Made by a program: the position numbers and the translations under genes | DNA from: Terriglobia bacterium | Lineage (GTDB): Bacteria; Acidobacteriota; Terriglobia; Terriglobales; Acidobacteriaceae | NCBI GenBank assembly: GCA_963725615.1 | Contig: CAVRZO010000005.1 | Coordinates: forward strand, 33,710 to 97,709 | Direction of reading: 5' to 3' | Length of the DNA stretch: 64,000 bases | Part shown: in pieces, positions 1 to 10,124 of the stretch | How positions within the stretch are numbered: the first letter of the stretch is position 1 | Layout of the letters: every line of letters begins with the position of its first letter | The notes under the pieces: model-generated | Told to the model about the DNA's origin: nothing | What the model saw: the letters and a program-made list of their open reading frames with translations, nothing else | Database searches by the model: none

Positions 1-282
1 GGGCTGGTCGTGAATGAAGCCATGGCGTGCGGTCTGCCGGTGATCTCGAGCGATGCCGCGGGATGCACGGCGGACCTGGTCGAGGACAATTGGAATGGCC
101 GGGTCGTCCGTCGCGGCGACGTGGCGCAGCTCGCGTCGGCCATGGAGGAACTGGCGCGGGATCCGGCGCTGCGTGCGCGGATGGGAAATCATAGCCAGGA
201 GCGTATCCTGAGATATTCACCGGAGGCTTGTGCCGCTGGCATTGCCCGGGCAGCACTCTTCTGTAAAAGTGCAAGATCATGA
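1..282 (+). CDS. glycosyltransferase family 1 (GT4-type), C-terminal fragment (5' end outside window)
   Basis: Frame 1 is open from base 1: GLVVNEAMACGLPVISSDAAGCTADLVEDNWNGRVV...ARMG. This is the E-x7-E / nucleotide-sugar-binding C-terminal half typical of retaining GT1 enzymes. Stop TGA 280-282 overlaps the next start (ATGA). Confidence 0.8.
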   Translation, partial: GLVVNEAMACGLPVISSDAAGCTADLVEDNWNGRVVRRGDVAQLASAMEELARDPALRARMGNHSQERILRYSPEACAAGIARAALFCKSARS

Positions 283-1679
283 ATAGCGGCTTTTCCAAAT
301 TTATTGTCCCCGGCGCAATTCTGGCCGCCGGCCTCATGGCGGGTTACGTAGCGCTGTACCGTCCCGGATACCTGAGCAGCAGTTACTATCTGGGCGGACT
401 GATGTTCCTGCAAGTTCTTCTGGCGATGGTCTGGAAATACGAGCAAAGATTCTTTCCCTTCCTGGTGGTGGTTTTTCTTTGGGCGGGCATGTCGGTTCCG
501 TTTAGCGGCGTATGGACTGCGGGGCGTTGGGCGGTGTTAGCTGTAGGCGCGATTGTGGGCTTCGCTCTCTACATGCGCAGCCCACACCCTCGCTTCTCGA
601 CCTTCCACCTGGTGGCGGTGTTTTCTGTGATGGCTGCGCTGGTTTCCGCCGCCGTGTCCTCATATACCGGGTTGTCGTTCATGAAGGCACTGAGTTTGCT
701 GTTGCTTTTTCTCTACGCATCCACGGGGGCCCGGCTGGCGTTGAGCGGCCGTGAAGAAAAATTCTTTCCGCGACTGTTGTTCTTCGTTGAGATTGTGGTG
801 TACCTCTCCGCGGTTGCTTACCTGGTTTTGCGTATTCCCGTTTTTGGCAACCCGAATTCTTTGGGAGCCATCATGGGCGTTGTCGCCGTTCCCTCTGCTG
901 TTCTGGGGAGTGCTGACCGCCGAAGGCAAGACGATGTACCGGCGACTGATTGTCGCGCTCGTGCTGAGCATTGGGCTGCTATTTTTTAGCCAGGCGCGGG
1001 CTGGAATCCTGGCCGCTGTGGTCTCATGTTGCGTGACGTGCGTGGCTTTGCGGCGCTACCGGTTGCTGATTCAGGGCGCCGTAACCTTTGTGTGCGTGGC
1101 CACTCTCTTCCTGGTGTTGATTCCTGCCGAACAAATGGCGGACATGCCCACTCGCCGGGAAGAAACCTCCCTGGCGGATACGCTCCTTTATAAGGGCCAC
1201 GAGAACGAAGGCGTGCTGGGCTCGCGCATCACTCCCTGGGATGAAACGGTCACGGTCATCCAGGAGCATCCCTGGTTCGGGAGCGGATTTGGCACCAGCC
1301 TGACCACCGGGCAGGAAGATATGGATGTTGGCCAGTATTCGACTGTCTCCGCAGCCACCCACGAACATGGAAACAGTTACCTGGCGGTCATGGAAGGCGT
1401 CGGCTTGCTGGGGGTGCTCCCGTTTTTTGCACTGGTGCTCATGCTGGCGTTGAAAGTGGGACGCGCGTTTGCCTGGCTTCGCCGGACCTCGAACTGTTCG
1501 TCACTACCGTGGTCCCGGTCGCCATGGTGCTGGCCGCCGGGTTGGTCCATGCAGGCTTTGAAGACTGGCTCTTCGCGGTGGGTTATTACCTCTGCGTATT
1601 CTTCTGGGTGCTGGCGTTTGCGTTCCTGGACATTCTGCCTGCGGCCGCGCCTGCGGTCGGTCTATCGCCCGATCACTGA
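279..1679 (+). pseudogene. O-antigen ligase/polymerase-like (Wzy_C-type) polytopic membrane protein, frame-disrupted as assembled (2 breaks, near 892 and 1490)
   Basis: ORFs 279-989 and 751-1734, plus a third frame I translated ending TGA 1677-1679, join into one multi-TM protein: ...GVVAVP|LLFWGVLTAEGKTMYRRLIVALVLSIGLLFFSQARAGILA...THEHGNSYLAVMEGVGLLG...|ELFVTTVVPVAMVLAAGLVHAGFEDWLFAVGYY.... The SQARAG and HGNSYL motifs around a large loop are typical of the family. The first break sits at ccc 891-893. Confidence 0.7.
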
Positions 1680-1730
1680 CTTCGGCTTCGGGACTCTCGG
1701 GCGGGACGCTAACGCGGCTGCGCCCGAGCG

Positions 1731-2923
1731 ATGATGCATCTGTTCCTGAACGGCCTGGCGGCCAGCGCGGGCGGAGGACTTACCTATCTGCGCAACGTTC
1801 TTCCTCATCTTTCGGCGCTGCGCCGGCGGTGCGAGTGACTGCCGCTGTAAATCCGCAACTGCGGCAGGAGTTTTCCGGGCTGCCCGGCGTCTCTCTTCCT
1901 GAAATCAATTCTTCTGCCGGGAGCGGTGGGACGTTTCTGGCAGGAGCAAACCTCGTTGCCGGCGGCGATCCGGCGGAGCGGCGCCGATGTGCTGATTTCG
2001 GTCGGCAATTTTGCCCTGCGCAAGTCCCCGGTGCCACAGATTCTGCTCTCGCGAAACTCGCTCTATACTTCCGCGGATTTTCTCCGCGATCTGCGCCAAC
2101 GCCGGGAGTATGGTTTGTGGCTTGATACCCGGATCAAGGGCAGCCTGGCGCGACGTTCCATACACTGGGCGGACCGCACGGTTGCTCCGACCGAGGCTTT
2201 CGCGCAGGAACTGCGACAGTGGACGGGACGCGATGTGGTGGCCATCCATCACGGCTTCGACCATGAGGCATTCTTTCGCGACCAGACGCCGTTGCCGGCA
2301 GACATTCGGCAAAAGCTCGACCGCGAGACAGAAAAAGACACGCTGCGCCTGCTCTACGTCAGCCACTACAACTACTACCGGAATTTCGAGACCCTGTTTC
2401 GCGCCCTGCCGCTGATGCGCGAGCGGCTGGGCGGCCGAAAGCTCAAGCTCTTTCTCACCTGCCGCCTGCGCTCGCGAAGACAATCCAGGAAGCTACCGCG
2501 CCGAGGCTGCTTCCGCCCTGGTCACGCAGCTTGGGATCGCGGACAGCGTGGTGGAGTTGGGAACCGTTCCGTATTCCTTGCTGCACCAGGTATATCGCGC
2601 CTGCAGCATCTACGTGACGCCCGCCTATGCAGAATCATTTGCGCACCCGCTGGTCGAAGCCATGGCCAGCGGGTTGCCGATCGTAGCCGTCCGATCTCGC
2701 GGTGCATCGCGAGATCTGCAGAGATGCCGCAATTTACTTCCCGCGCTTTTCTCCCGAAGAGCTGGCCGCGAGAGTCTGCCAGATTGCGTCCTCGGACACG
2801 CTGGCAGAGCAGCTTTCGGATCGTGGACAGGAGCGGTCGCGCGCCTTTTCCTGGAACAAACACGTGGATGAGCTGTTGGATTTGGCGGCAAATCTTCTTG
2901 CTACAATTAATCCTGCTCGATAA
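1731..2923 (+). pseudogene. glycosyltransferase family 1 (GT4-type), frame-disrupted as assembled (about 4 breaks)
   Basis: Starts MMHLFLNGLAASAGGGLTYLRNVLPHL. Family-like sequence continues through ORF fragments 1829-2125, 1926-3209, 2548-2871 and 2702-2923: ...DVLISVGNFA..., ...LLYVSHYNYYRNFETLF..., ...VELGTVPYSLLHQVYRACSIYVTPAYAESFAHPLVEAMASGLPIVA|SDLAVHREICRDAAIYF.... Confidence 0.7.
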
Positions 2924-2958
2924 CGAGAAACGGGACGCCGCGATTTCTCGAGCTGAGG

Positions 2959-3624
2959 TTGAGTGTGCTTCATCAGCGTTACAAGGATCTCTATTTCCTT
3001 CTGATTGCCCAGGCAACGTGGCCGAATTACTGGCTGAAAAAGCTGCGTCATGCCGGGCGGTCACGCAACGGACATCGCCTCGACCTTCATCTGGGATGCG
3101 GCCCCAAATATCTCCCCGGCTTCGTCAACATCGACGCCAACCCGATGCAGAAGACCGACATCTGGCTCGACGTGCGTTGCGGCCTGCCCTTCGCGAGCGG
3201 TTCCGTTGATTCGATCTACTCCACGCACATGATCGAACATCTTTATCCCGGACGAACTGGAGAAATTGTTGCTCGAGTGCGCCCGTGTACTCAAGGCCGG
3301 AGCTGGGATGAGAATCATCGTGCCCAGCTTGTCGAACGCCATCCTCGCCTTCCAGCAGAATCGGCACGACTGGTTCTACGATAATTTTCCGCGCCATTTC
3401 GATTCCCTGGGAGGACGCTTTTCCAATTTCGTCTTCTGCGATGGACAGCACCGGACGGCGTTCGATCTCAGCTATCTCGACGAAGTCCTGCGCAAGGCAG
3501 GATTCCGGGAGGTCGTCGAATCCGCAGAAGGACAGAGCCGGCTCTACGGGGAGACAGTTCCAGCCTTCGAGCCCGGCGACGCCGCGGGGTTGCCGCATTC
3601 GGTTATGTGGAGGCGTTTAAATAA
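2959..3624 (+). pseudogene. class I SAM-dependent methyltransferase (Methyltransf_11-like), frame-disrupted as assembled
   Basis: Motifs: LHLGCGPKYLPGFVNIDANP and GSVDSIYSTHMIEHLYP|DELEKLLLECARVLKAGAGMRIIVP. One break is at ccc 3247-3249. A probable second break near 3600 gives ...LPHS-YVEAFK*, ending TAA 3622-3624. The TTG start at 2959 is tentative. Confidence 0.6.
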
Positions 3625-3644
3625 GCAACGCTGGATCGCTTGCG

Positions 3645-4482
3645 GTCATGGTCTTCTGGCAACCACGATCAACGAAGTTCCAATCGGAAGCCTGTACCCA
3701 CGGCTGAGCCAGATTGTTTCAAGTCTCAGCATTGCGGTGAGCAATCCGTTGATCACCGGTATCACGCGAAATTCTCTCAGAGCCAGAGTTCTAGCGTCTT
3801 CGGAGCCTGCCGCTGGCGCCGGGTACTTATCTTCCGGAAGAGCCAGACCATGGGAAAAATGCAGGTCATGAACTGACTCAGGAACTCAACCTCGAATCCT
3901 GCCTCGACCAGCCTGGCGCGAATTTCCCGCGAGGAATAGCGGCGGCAATGGTGGGCGGCTTCGTCAAAATAACTCCATAGATACTGATGCGCCGGGACGG
4001 TCAGCATAAGCCTTCCACCCGGTGCCAGCGCCTCTCGCAGCGCAACCAGGGTCTCGACCTCTTCCGGAATATGCTCCAGGACGTCGAACATGCCGATCAG
4101 ATCGAAAGGCTTTCCGAACGGGCAGTTGCGCACGTCGCCCTGCACCAGCGGTCCGTCAGATCGCTGCTGGGCGAAACGAAGGCCGTCCAACCAGAGTTCC
4201 AGGCCCACGACATTGCCGTCGGGACACGCCTGGCGCAGAGCCCTGAGTACGTTGCCCGTGCCGCATCCAACTTCGAGAACCCGATATCCCGGATTGAGGC
4301 CGGAAGTCAGCTTCCTGGTCATACCAAAAATCAGATCGATTCCGCGCTTGAAACCAAAAATGACGGTCTTCGACCTTGGCCAGTTGCTCGAAGAAAGATG
4401 GGTCGTATCCGCCGGAGGAGTCGGCTTTGGTGGAAGGCCGCGGCGGCGTATCCAACTTCTCGACAGCTTCGAACTTCTTCAT
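3645..4482 (-). pseudogene. class I SAM-dependent methyltransferase, frame-disrupted as assembled (2 breaks, near 3780 and 4325)
   Basis: N-terminus: MKKFEAVEKLD...FFEQLAKVEDRHFWFQARN (ORF 4156-4482). Core: YRVLEVGCGTGNVLRAL...FDLIGMFDVLEHIPEE...LAPGGRLMLTVPA (ORF 3777-4322). C-terminus from my own translation: LREFRVIPVINGLLTAMLRLETIWLSRGYRLPIGTSLIVVARRP*, stop 3645-3647. The start overlaps the upstream stop as ATGA (4479-4482). Confidence 0.7.
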
Positions 4483-5644
4483 GAGGCAATTGCAGTATTG
4501 CGGCCCGCCGCTCGGAACTTGGTTATTGCAGACACCACGCGCGCTTGATCGTTCTCTGTCAAATCGTTGTAGAAGGGTAGGCGGAGCAGCCGCTCACTAA
4601 TGTTCTCGGTCACCGGGCAATCCCCTGGACTGAGCCCCGAATCTGCGTCCCATCTCCGAAAGATGCAAGGGTACATAATGAAAGACGCTCAGAATGCCCT
4701 GAGATTTCAGATGTGATATCAGCGCCTGGCGTTCTTCCAGCGAATTCAGGACGAGATAGAACATGTGGTAAGACTGCTCACACTCAGCGGGGACCACCGG
4801 TAATCTGGCACCAGTTTCCTGCGCCCAATCCTGAAGGTGTTCCCAATAAAACTCCCAAACCCGCTTCCGCTTGGCTTGGATGTGGGCCCGGGCTTCCAGT
4901 TGGGCATAGAGGAACGCAGCCAGGAGGTCCGACGGCAAATAGCTGGAGCCGAGATCCACCCAAGTGTACTTATCGACTTGACCCCGGAGAAACTGACTGC
5001 GGTTCGTTCCTTTCTCGCGAAGGATCATAGCTCGTTCCACGAGTGTCGGGATCGTTCACAACCAGGGCTCCGCCTTCTCCGCATGTGACATTCTTGGTTT
5101 CGTGAAAACTCTGCGTGCCCAGGCATCCAAAAGTCCCGGTGTAACGACCCTTGTATCGTGCAAATAGTCCATGCGCATTGTCCTCGACAATCCGAACGCC
5201 GTGGCGACGCGCCAGAGCTGATATAGCGTCCATCTCACAGGCGACCCCGGCGTAGTGAACGGGAACAATCGCCTTGGTGCGATCGGTGATGAGACGTTCC
5301 AGTTGGGTTTCGTCCAGGTTCAGTGTGTCAGGGCGTATGTCGGCAAACACGATGCGGGCGCCACGTAGAGCAAACGCGTTCGCTGTCGAAACAAAGGTAA
5401 AAGAAGGAACGATCACTTCGTCGCCGGGGCTGCATTCGAGCAGAAGAGCAGCCAGTTCCAGAGCATGAGTACATGATGTAGTGAGCAGAACCTTGGGAAC
5501 CTGCAGTTCCTGCTCCAAGAGTGCGTGGCACTTCCTAGTGAACGGACCATCGCCCGAGGCGTGGCCGTTAGCGATTGCTTCCCCGATGTATTTGTACTCG
5601 TTGCCCGCGAGGCAGGGACGGTTAAATGGGATGGCGTAGCTCAT
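4479..5644 (-). pseudogene. wecE: DegT/DnrJ/EryC1-family sugar aminotransferase, WecE-like (dTDP-4-keto-6-deoxyhexose 4-aminotransferase type), frame-disrupted as assembled (2 breaks, near 5035 and 4620)
   Basis: MSYAIPFNRP...GDGPFTRKCHALLEQEL...VLLTTSCTHALELAALLL...PGDEVIVPSFTFVSTANAFALRGARIVFADIRPDTLNLDE...IVPVHYAGVACEMD...FHETKNVTCGEGGALVVNDP|LVERAMILREKGTNRSQFLRGQVDKYTWVDLGSSYLPSD...|...ISERLLRLPFYNDL. This tracks E. coli WecE almost motif for motif, from memory. ATG is at 5644-5642. Confidence 0.8.
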
Positions 5645-6438
5645 AATTTTCGAAACACGAACAGCTTCTGGGTGCCGTAGTCGCCCGCGGCAGGGAGCTG
5701 CGAAAACCAGCGATTCCACTGGGCATTGGGATCCGCTACGCTCAGCGGCGCATTGGTTGCTTGAGCCAATAGAGGCTTCAACACACGTGTGCCGACATAA
5801 TAGGTGCTCGCGAAATTGGAAAGCTCGACAAGCTCCATCTCGCTTGCTACGGCCGAGATGACTTTATCTTCATCCAGGTACTGATTGAAAGGCGGCATCG
5901 GGATCGGTTCCAGGCCCCACTCGCCGCGGAATTCGTTAAGCCGGCGCCAGCCCTGCAGCGTTGCCTCCGAGAGTAGCAACGTCCCTCCAGGCTTCAGCAC
6001 GCGCATGCACTCGCGCAAGCCTTGCATCTGTCGTTCCCAGTTACCCAGGTTGATGAGTACCCTGACGACCACCACTTTGTCGTATGCGTCGGAACGCTCC
6101 TTGAGTTGGGTGATATCGCCGACCTCGAATTCGACCGAGCCCACCAGTTTGTCCGTCATGCCGGCAGCACGCCGCTGCGCCTGCTCGATCATCGCGGGGA
6201 CGTAGTCAACACCGCGGAGTCGTATACGGCAAGCGCAAGCAAACTGCAGGGACGAGTACCCGTTCGCACAACCTGCATCAAGGACATGGTCACCATCGTT
6301 CAGGCGCTTGTTAATCTCACGAATCTCCATCTCGATGACCCTGTGGTCGGACCACGAAGCCGCTGACGCCTGGCCATGCTCCAGTGCTTGCTTAGTCCAG
6401 AAATCGTAGACTTCGGCCTGGGAAAATTTGGGGGTCAT
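5641..6438 (-). CDS. class I SAM-dependent methyltransferase
   Basis: Start MTPKFSQAEVYDFW at 6438, inside the longer ORF 5641-6675. Motif I: HVLDAGCANGYSSLQFA. Also VVVVRVLINL...RVLKPGGTLLLSE. ATGA overlaps at both ends (6435-6438 and 5641-5644). Confidence 0.75.
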   Translation of the reverse strand: MTPKFSQAEVYDFWTKQALEHGQASAASWSDHRVIEMEIREINKRLNDGDHVLDAGCANGYSSLQFACACRIRLRGVDYVPAMIEQAQRRAAGMTDKLVGSVEFEVGDITQLKERSDAYDKVVVVRVLINLGNWERQMQGLRECMRVLKPGGTLLLSEATLQGWRRLNEFRGEWGLEPIPMPPFNQYLDEDKVISAVASEMELVELSNFASTYYVGTRVLKPLLAQATNAPLSVADPNAQWNRWFSQLPAAGDYGTQKLFVFRKL

Positions 6439-7421
6439 CGGGAAGAACCACCTGCTCTGCGGTTCTCCACCTCTGAATTCGTGTCGCCCACTCGCACCAC
6501 GTAAGGAGGTTTCTGCAAACTTCGGAAATGCATGCGGGCCAGATACTCTCCAATAATACCCAAGGCGAACAACTGAGCACCCGAGAACACAGCGACAATC
6601 GAGGCGAGAAAGGGAAACCCGGGAACTGGATCGCCGTGCGTGAAATACCGGATCAGGACGTAAGCCAGTACACAAAAACCAAAGAAAGTGAACACGAAAC
6701 CCACCAGGCTGGCGATCTGCAGGGGAAGCGTCGTGAAGCCGGTCATCATGTTCATCGCGTGCGTGATCAGTTTGCGGAAGGTGTAACCGGAGGTCCCCTG
6801 TTTGCGCGGCTCGTGCACCACGGGCACTGCGGCGAAGCGATTCGTGCCCCAGGTCAGCAATACATCGATGGACACGAATGATCCTTCGTAATGGCTGAAT
6901 GCGCCGGCCACCTCCGCGCGAAAGGCACGGAATGCGGAAACCTGGCGGGCAATCGCTGCTCCCATGACGTTCTGCAAAGCCACCTTGGTCGCCAGCGACG
7001 CCAGGTCGCGCAAAATGCCGTGCTCTTCGCGCTCCGGCGTGCCATAGACCACATCGAAACCTTGGGCCAGCTTCGCCAGCAGCTTGGGAATTTCCTCGGG
7101 AGGGTGCTGCAGATCGTCATCCATGGTGACGATCACGTCATATTGCGCCGCGCGGATGCCGCACAGCAGCGCATTGTGCTGGCCGTAATTGCGCATCAGG
7201 TTGATGGGATGAATCCAGGGATTGCGATCTGCCAGCTGGCAGATGACGTCCCAGCTGCGGTCCGGACTGCAGTCGTTGACCAGCACCAGTTCATAGTCGG
7301 ACGTGATACCGCTGAGCACACTCTCCAGCCGTGTGACCAGCTCGGGCAGGATGGCATCGCTGCGGTACACCGGCACCACCACCGAGAGCCCGCTCGGCCG
7401 TGAATTGATGCTATGAATCAT
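6435..7421 (-). CDS. GT2 polyprenyl-phosphate glycosyltransferase (ArnC/GtrB/DPM1-like)
   Basis: LSVVVPVYRSDAILPELV...ELVLVNDCSPDRSW...LMRNYGQHNALLCGIRAAQYDVIVTMDDDLQHPPEEIPKLL, followed by two C-terminal TM helices (LPLQIASLVGFVFTFFGF..., FLASIVAVFSGAQLFALGIIGEYLARM). This is the canonical ArnC/GtrB architecture. Confidence 0.85.
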   Translation of the reverse strand: MIHSINSRPSGLSVVVPVYRSDAILPELVTRLESVLSGITSDYELVLVNDCSPDRSWDVICQLADRNPWIHPINLMRNYGQHNALLCGIRAAQYDVIVTMDDDLQHPPEEIPKLLAKLAQGFDVVYGTPEREEHGILRDLASLATKVALQNVMGAAIARQVSAFRAFRAEVAGAFSHYEGSFVSIDVLLTWGTNRFAAVPVVHEPRKQGTSGYTFRKLITHAMNMMTGFTTLPLQIASLVGFVFTFFGFCVLAYVLIRYFTHGDPVPGFPFLASIVAVFSGAQLFALGIIGEYLARMHFRSLQKPPYVVRVGDTNSEVENRRAGGSSR

Positions 7422-7472
7422 GGCTTCACTAGTCCGTTGTAGTCATCCGTTCGCGCTAATCCGTTCCGAATG

Positions 7473-8077
7473 TCAGCGAACGCAGTTCAGGATCAGGAGA
7501 GAGTACGGGATTCGCAGCAGATCGTGACGGATACTCGATTCAATATTGGAAAATACCTTTGCAGCCAGTTCCCGGTAGCCGGCCTCACTGCGCACGAAGC
7601 GGCCACGGTCTCGCGAGAGCAGATATTTCACGACATGAGACTGATCATCGGTCCACACTCCGTCGAGTCGTCACCAGTCTTCCTCCCGGCTTCATGGCGT
7701 CGCGGGCAATCTGAAAGAGAGTCAGGGCTTCGGTGTCGTCGAGGTGGTGGAGGACACCGAGGGCCAGGACAATGTCGAAGGAGTCGGCTCGACCTGATCA
7801 ACTCGCCTACGCTCTGGCATACGAAGCGCGCGTGCGGGAAGCGGCGTCTGGCCCTCTCGATGTACTCCGCGCTGACGTCGAGGCCGACGTACTCAGCACC
7901 TGGCAGGTAGGGCACCATGGTTCCGGGCCCGCATCCGATGTCCAGAACGCGATCGCCGGGTGCGGGACGAATGTATTCCCGTAATAGAACGCGGTTCCGC
8001 TGGTCTCCGCCGACGGCGTGCCAAAAGGACTGGTAGGCCCATGAACGGGAAAGCACTGAGCGGACGGCTTCAATCAT
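7473..8077 (-). pseudogene. class I SAM-dependent methyltransferase, frame-disrupted as assembled (2 breaks)
   Basis: GDRVLDIGCGPGTMVPYLPGAEYVGLDVSAEYIERARRRFPHARFVCQSVGEL (ORF 7628-8077). Then |ADSFDIVLALGVLHHLDDTEALTLFQIARDAMKPGGRLVT from my translation of the middle frame. Then |WTDDQSHVVKYLLSRDRGRFVRSEAGYRELAAKVF... (ORF 7473-7658). Confidence 0.6.
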
Positions 8078-8276
8078 GGCTTCTGGAGAGGGTTACGGCT
8101 TCCATCTTACTTCGAACTTACCGGTCTGCGCACGATTTGGGAAATCCGATTCGAGTGCGGCCCGAAGAGTCAACCATGGCGTGTGCGACACAGCTCGAAG
8201 GGCCCTATCGCGACTACCTCGCCAGAGCGGTGTGCTATTTTGGCTGATCGAACAACCTAAGGGGGCGGAGGTCTTG

Positions 8277-10073
8277 ATGGCGGGTCCACCCGCGTCTTCC
8301 AGCAGACGCATGGCAACGTTCGCGATCGTCCTAGCCATACTTGCTATCTATAGCTACCCCTATTTCGCAACCACCTGGACCCTCGCCTCCAGGCTGGTTC
8401 CATACGAGTTTGCCGCCGACCTTAGTTTCTACCTCAACCTCGGACAACTTGGTTCTTCGCAGCATCAGCCGGCTCTGAATCCCTACTACGGCACGCCGAT
8501 GCAGGCAGGCGGCTTCGGCTATCTGACCTTTGATCTGGCCTTTCGAGTTTTCGGCTGGCTCGAAAATATTCTCAATCACAACCTTTGGTACACCGTGCTC
8601 GCATGGAGTTGGCTCTGGTGGATGGCAATTTGCATGGGAGCCTTCTGGTTCTTTCGCCTCGCTCTTCCTGGGGAAACGGCGCCGGTCATTTACCTCGGTG
8701 TGAGCTTGCTGTTCTTCTTTAACTTCGGAATTTTGAAGTCCCTGCTGGGAGCGTGGCTGCATCTTCCATCTCTGGCCGGATTCGAAGCGCTAAGCCTGCC
8801 TTACATCCGCACTTTCTTCCCACCAATTCCGGTTGCGCTGTTGCTCTTGTACCTAGCGCTGCAAGTCCGTGCTCTGCGGTTCTTCCATTGGTACGACTGG
8901 GCGGGTTTGTGTGTGTTGCAGGCTTTGGCATTTGCCATGTTTCCTTATGCCACGCTGCTTATGGCGGGGAGTACTTTCGTGGTCGCAGTCGCATTTTTCG
9001 AGTCTCTGTCGCCGCGGCGTTGGGTAAAAACCATTGTCCCGTACGGGGTCGCATGTGCCGCGATTGATTTCATGTTTCTGCTTCGCCGTCGCCTGGGGCC
9101 AGGGACACATGTTTCCAACTTCTCGTTGTTCAGTCTACGTCCCTCGCACATCTTCGACCTGACGGGCGGAGCGCTGATCTTGCTCGTTCTGCTCTCTGCT
9201 CTCACGGTGGTTCTCCCGCCGTTTGGGTCGCGAGGGGCCAAATGGACTCTGGCTGGCCTGGGATTCTCCAACCTTTTTCTAATTCTCGCCGACGCGGTCT
9301 TCGCACCGTCGCTGCTGCTGTCGGTTCACGGCGGTTACTTTCTGCACTGCACGATTTCGCTGCAAGTCGCTTATTTCGGTGCGGCACTATTTGCGAGGTT
9401 TCAACCTGGGCATGCGTGGTTGAAACCTGCATGCCTAGCTGCCATCATTTTGGTGGTCGTCAACGGAGCGCTGCTCGCGTTGGGCAACTACCGCGCTTTC
9501 CTGCCGCAAAACAGGGAGATCAGCGAATTCGCACGGGCGGTTGGTTCCTTGAAGGTTGTTGACGGCGATCTGATCGTCGCCCGGGCCGACAGTGTTGACG
9601 ACTTGTGCGCATGGGCTCCATTGCTGACGCGCGGGACAGTGTTATTTTGCCGAAGCGCGCAGTATGAGCTGTCCGATTCAGAGCGGCGCGGTTTTCATCG
9701 TCTCCGACAAGCGCTTTACCTCTACTTCACCGGCAAGGACAGTCGCTGGGTGGAGGGCGTCATCCGCGACCCGGCGGCACTGACTGAACAAGATCGGCTG
9801 GCGTTTGCCGGGGAAATTAACCCGTCCGATCAGGAGACGTTGGACACGGGAAAACGGGAGATCGAGGCTGAGCTGATTCCTCTGCTCGCGGAGGTTGAAA
9901 AACTGCAGGGTCTCACGCAGTTTTTCTCCCGCCCCTATCCTCACGTTCTCGTTATTGATGATGCCAGGCACCGAGTTTTTGTGAAGGATCGCCTCGCGTC
10001 ATTGCTGGCGATTGAGTCGGAGCAGCAAGTCGGTGATTTTGTCCTGCTTTGGTGCAGACTCAACGCAGGGTAA
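8277..10073 (+). CDS. polytopic integral membrane protein (about 12 predicted TM segments) with a C-terminal soluble domain of about 200 aa; function unknown
   Basis: In-frame ATG at 8277 is preceded by GGGGGCGGAG. The 598-aa frame is uninterrupted. The hydrophobic N-terminal two thirds (FAIVLAILAIYSYPYF..., LWYTVLAWSWLWWMAICMGAFWFF...) is followed by a charged C-terminal region (EISEFARAVGSLKVVDGDLIVARADSV...). I recognise no family motif. Confidence 0.55.
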   Translation: MAGPPASSSRRMATFAIVLAILAIYSYPYFATTWTLASRLVPYEFAADLSFYLNLGQLGSSQHQPALNPYYGTPMQAGGFGYLTFDLAFRVFGWLENILNHNLWYTVLAWSWLWWMAICMGAFWFFRLALPGETAPVIYLGVSLLFFFNFGILKSLLGAWLHLPSLAGFEALSLPYIRTFFPPIPVALLLLYLALQVRALRFFHWYDWAGLCVLQALAFAMFPYATLLMAGSTFVVAVAFFESLSPRRWVKTIVPYGVACAAIDFMFLLRRRLGPGTHVSNFSLFSLRPSHIFDLTGGALILLVLLSALTVVLPPFGSRGAKWTLAGLGFSNLFLILADAVFAPSLLLSVHGGYFLHCTISLQVAYFGAALFARFQPGHAWLKPACLAAIILVVVNGALLALGNYRAFLPQNREISEFARAVGSLKVVDGDLIVARADSVDDLCAWAPLLTRGTVLFCRSAQYELSDSERRGFHRLRQALYLYFTGKDSRWVEGVIRDPAALTEQDRLAFAGEINPSDQETLDTGKREIEAELIPLLAEVEKLQGLTQFFSRPYPHVLVIDDARHRVFVKDRLASLLAIESEQQVGDFVLLWCRLNAG

Positions 10074-10124
10074 AGTTGGCGCGTCGTAGCGAGTGAAGTT
10101 CCCACGCAACCGGAGGCAGTGCAG

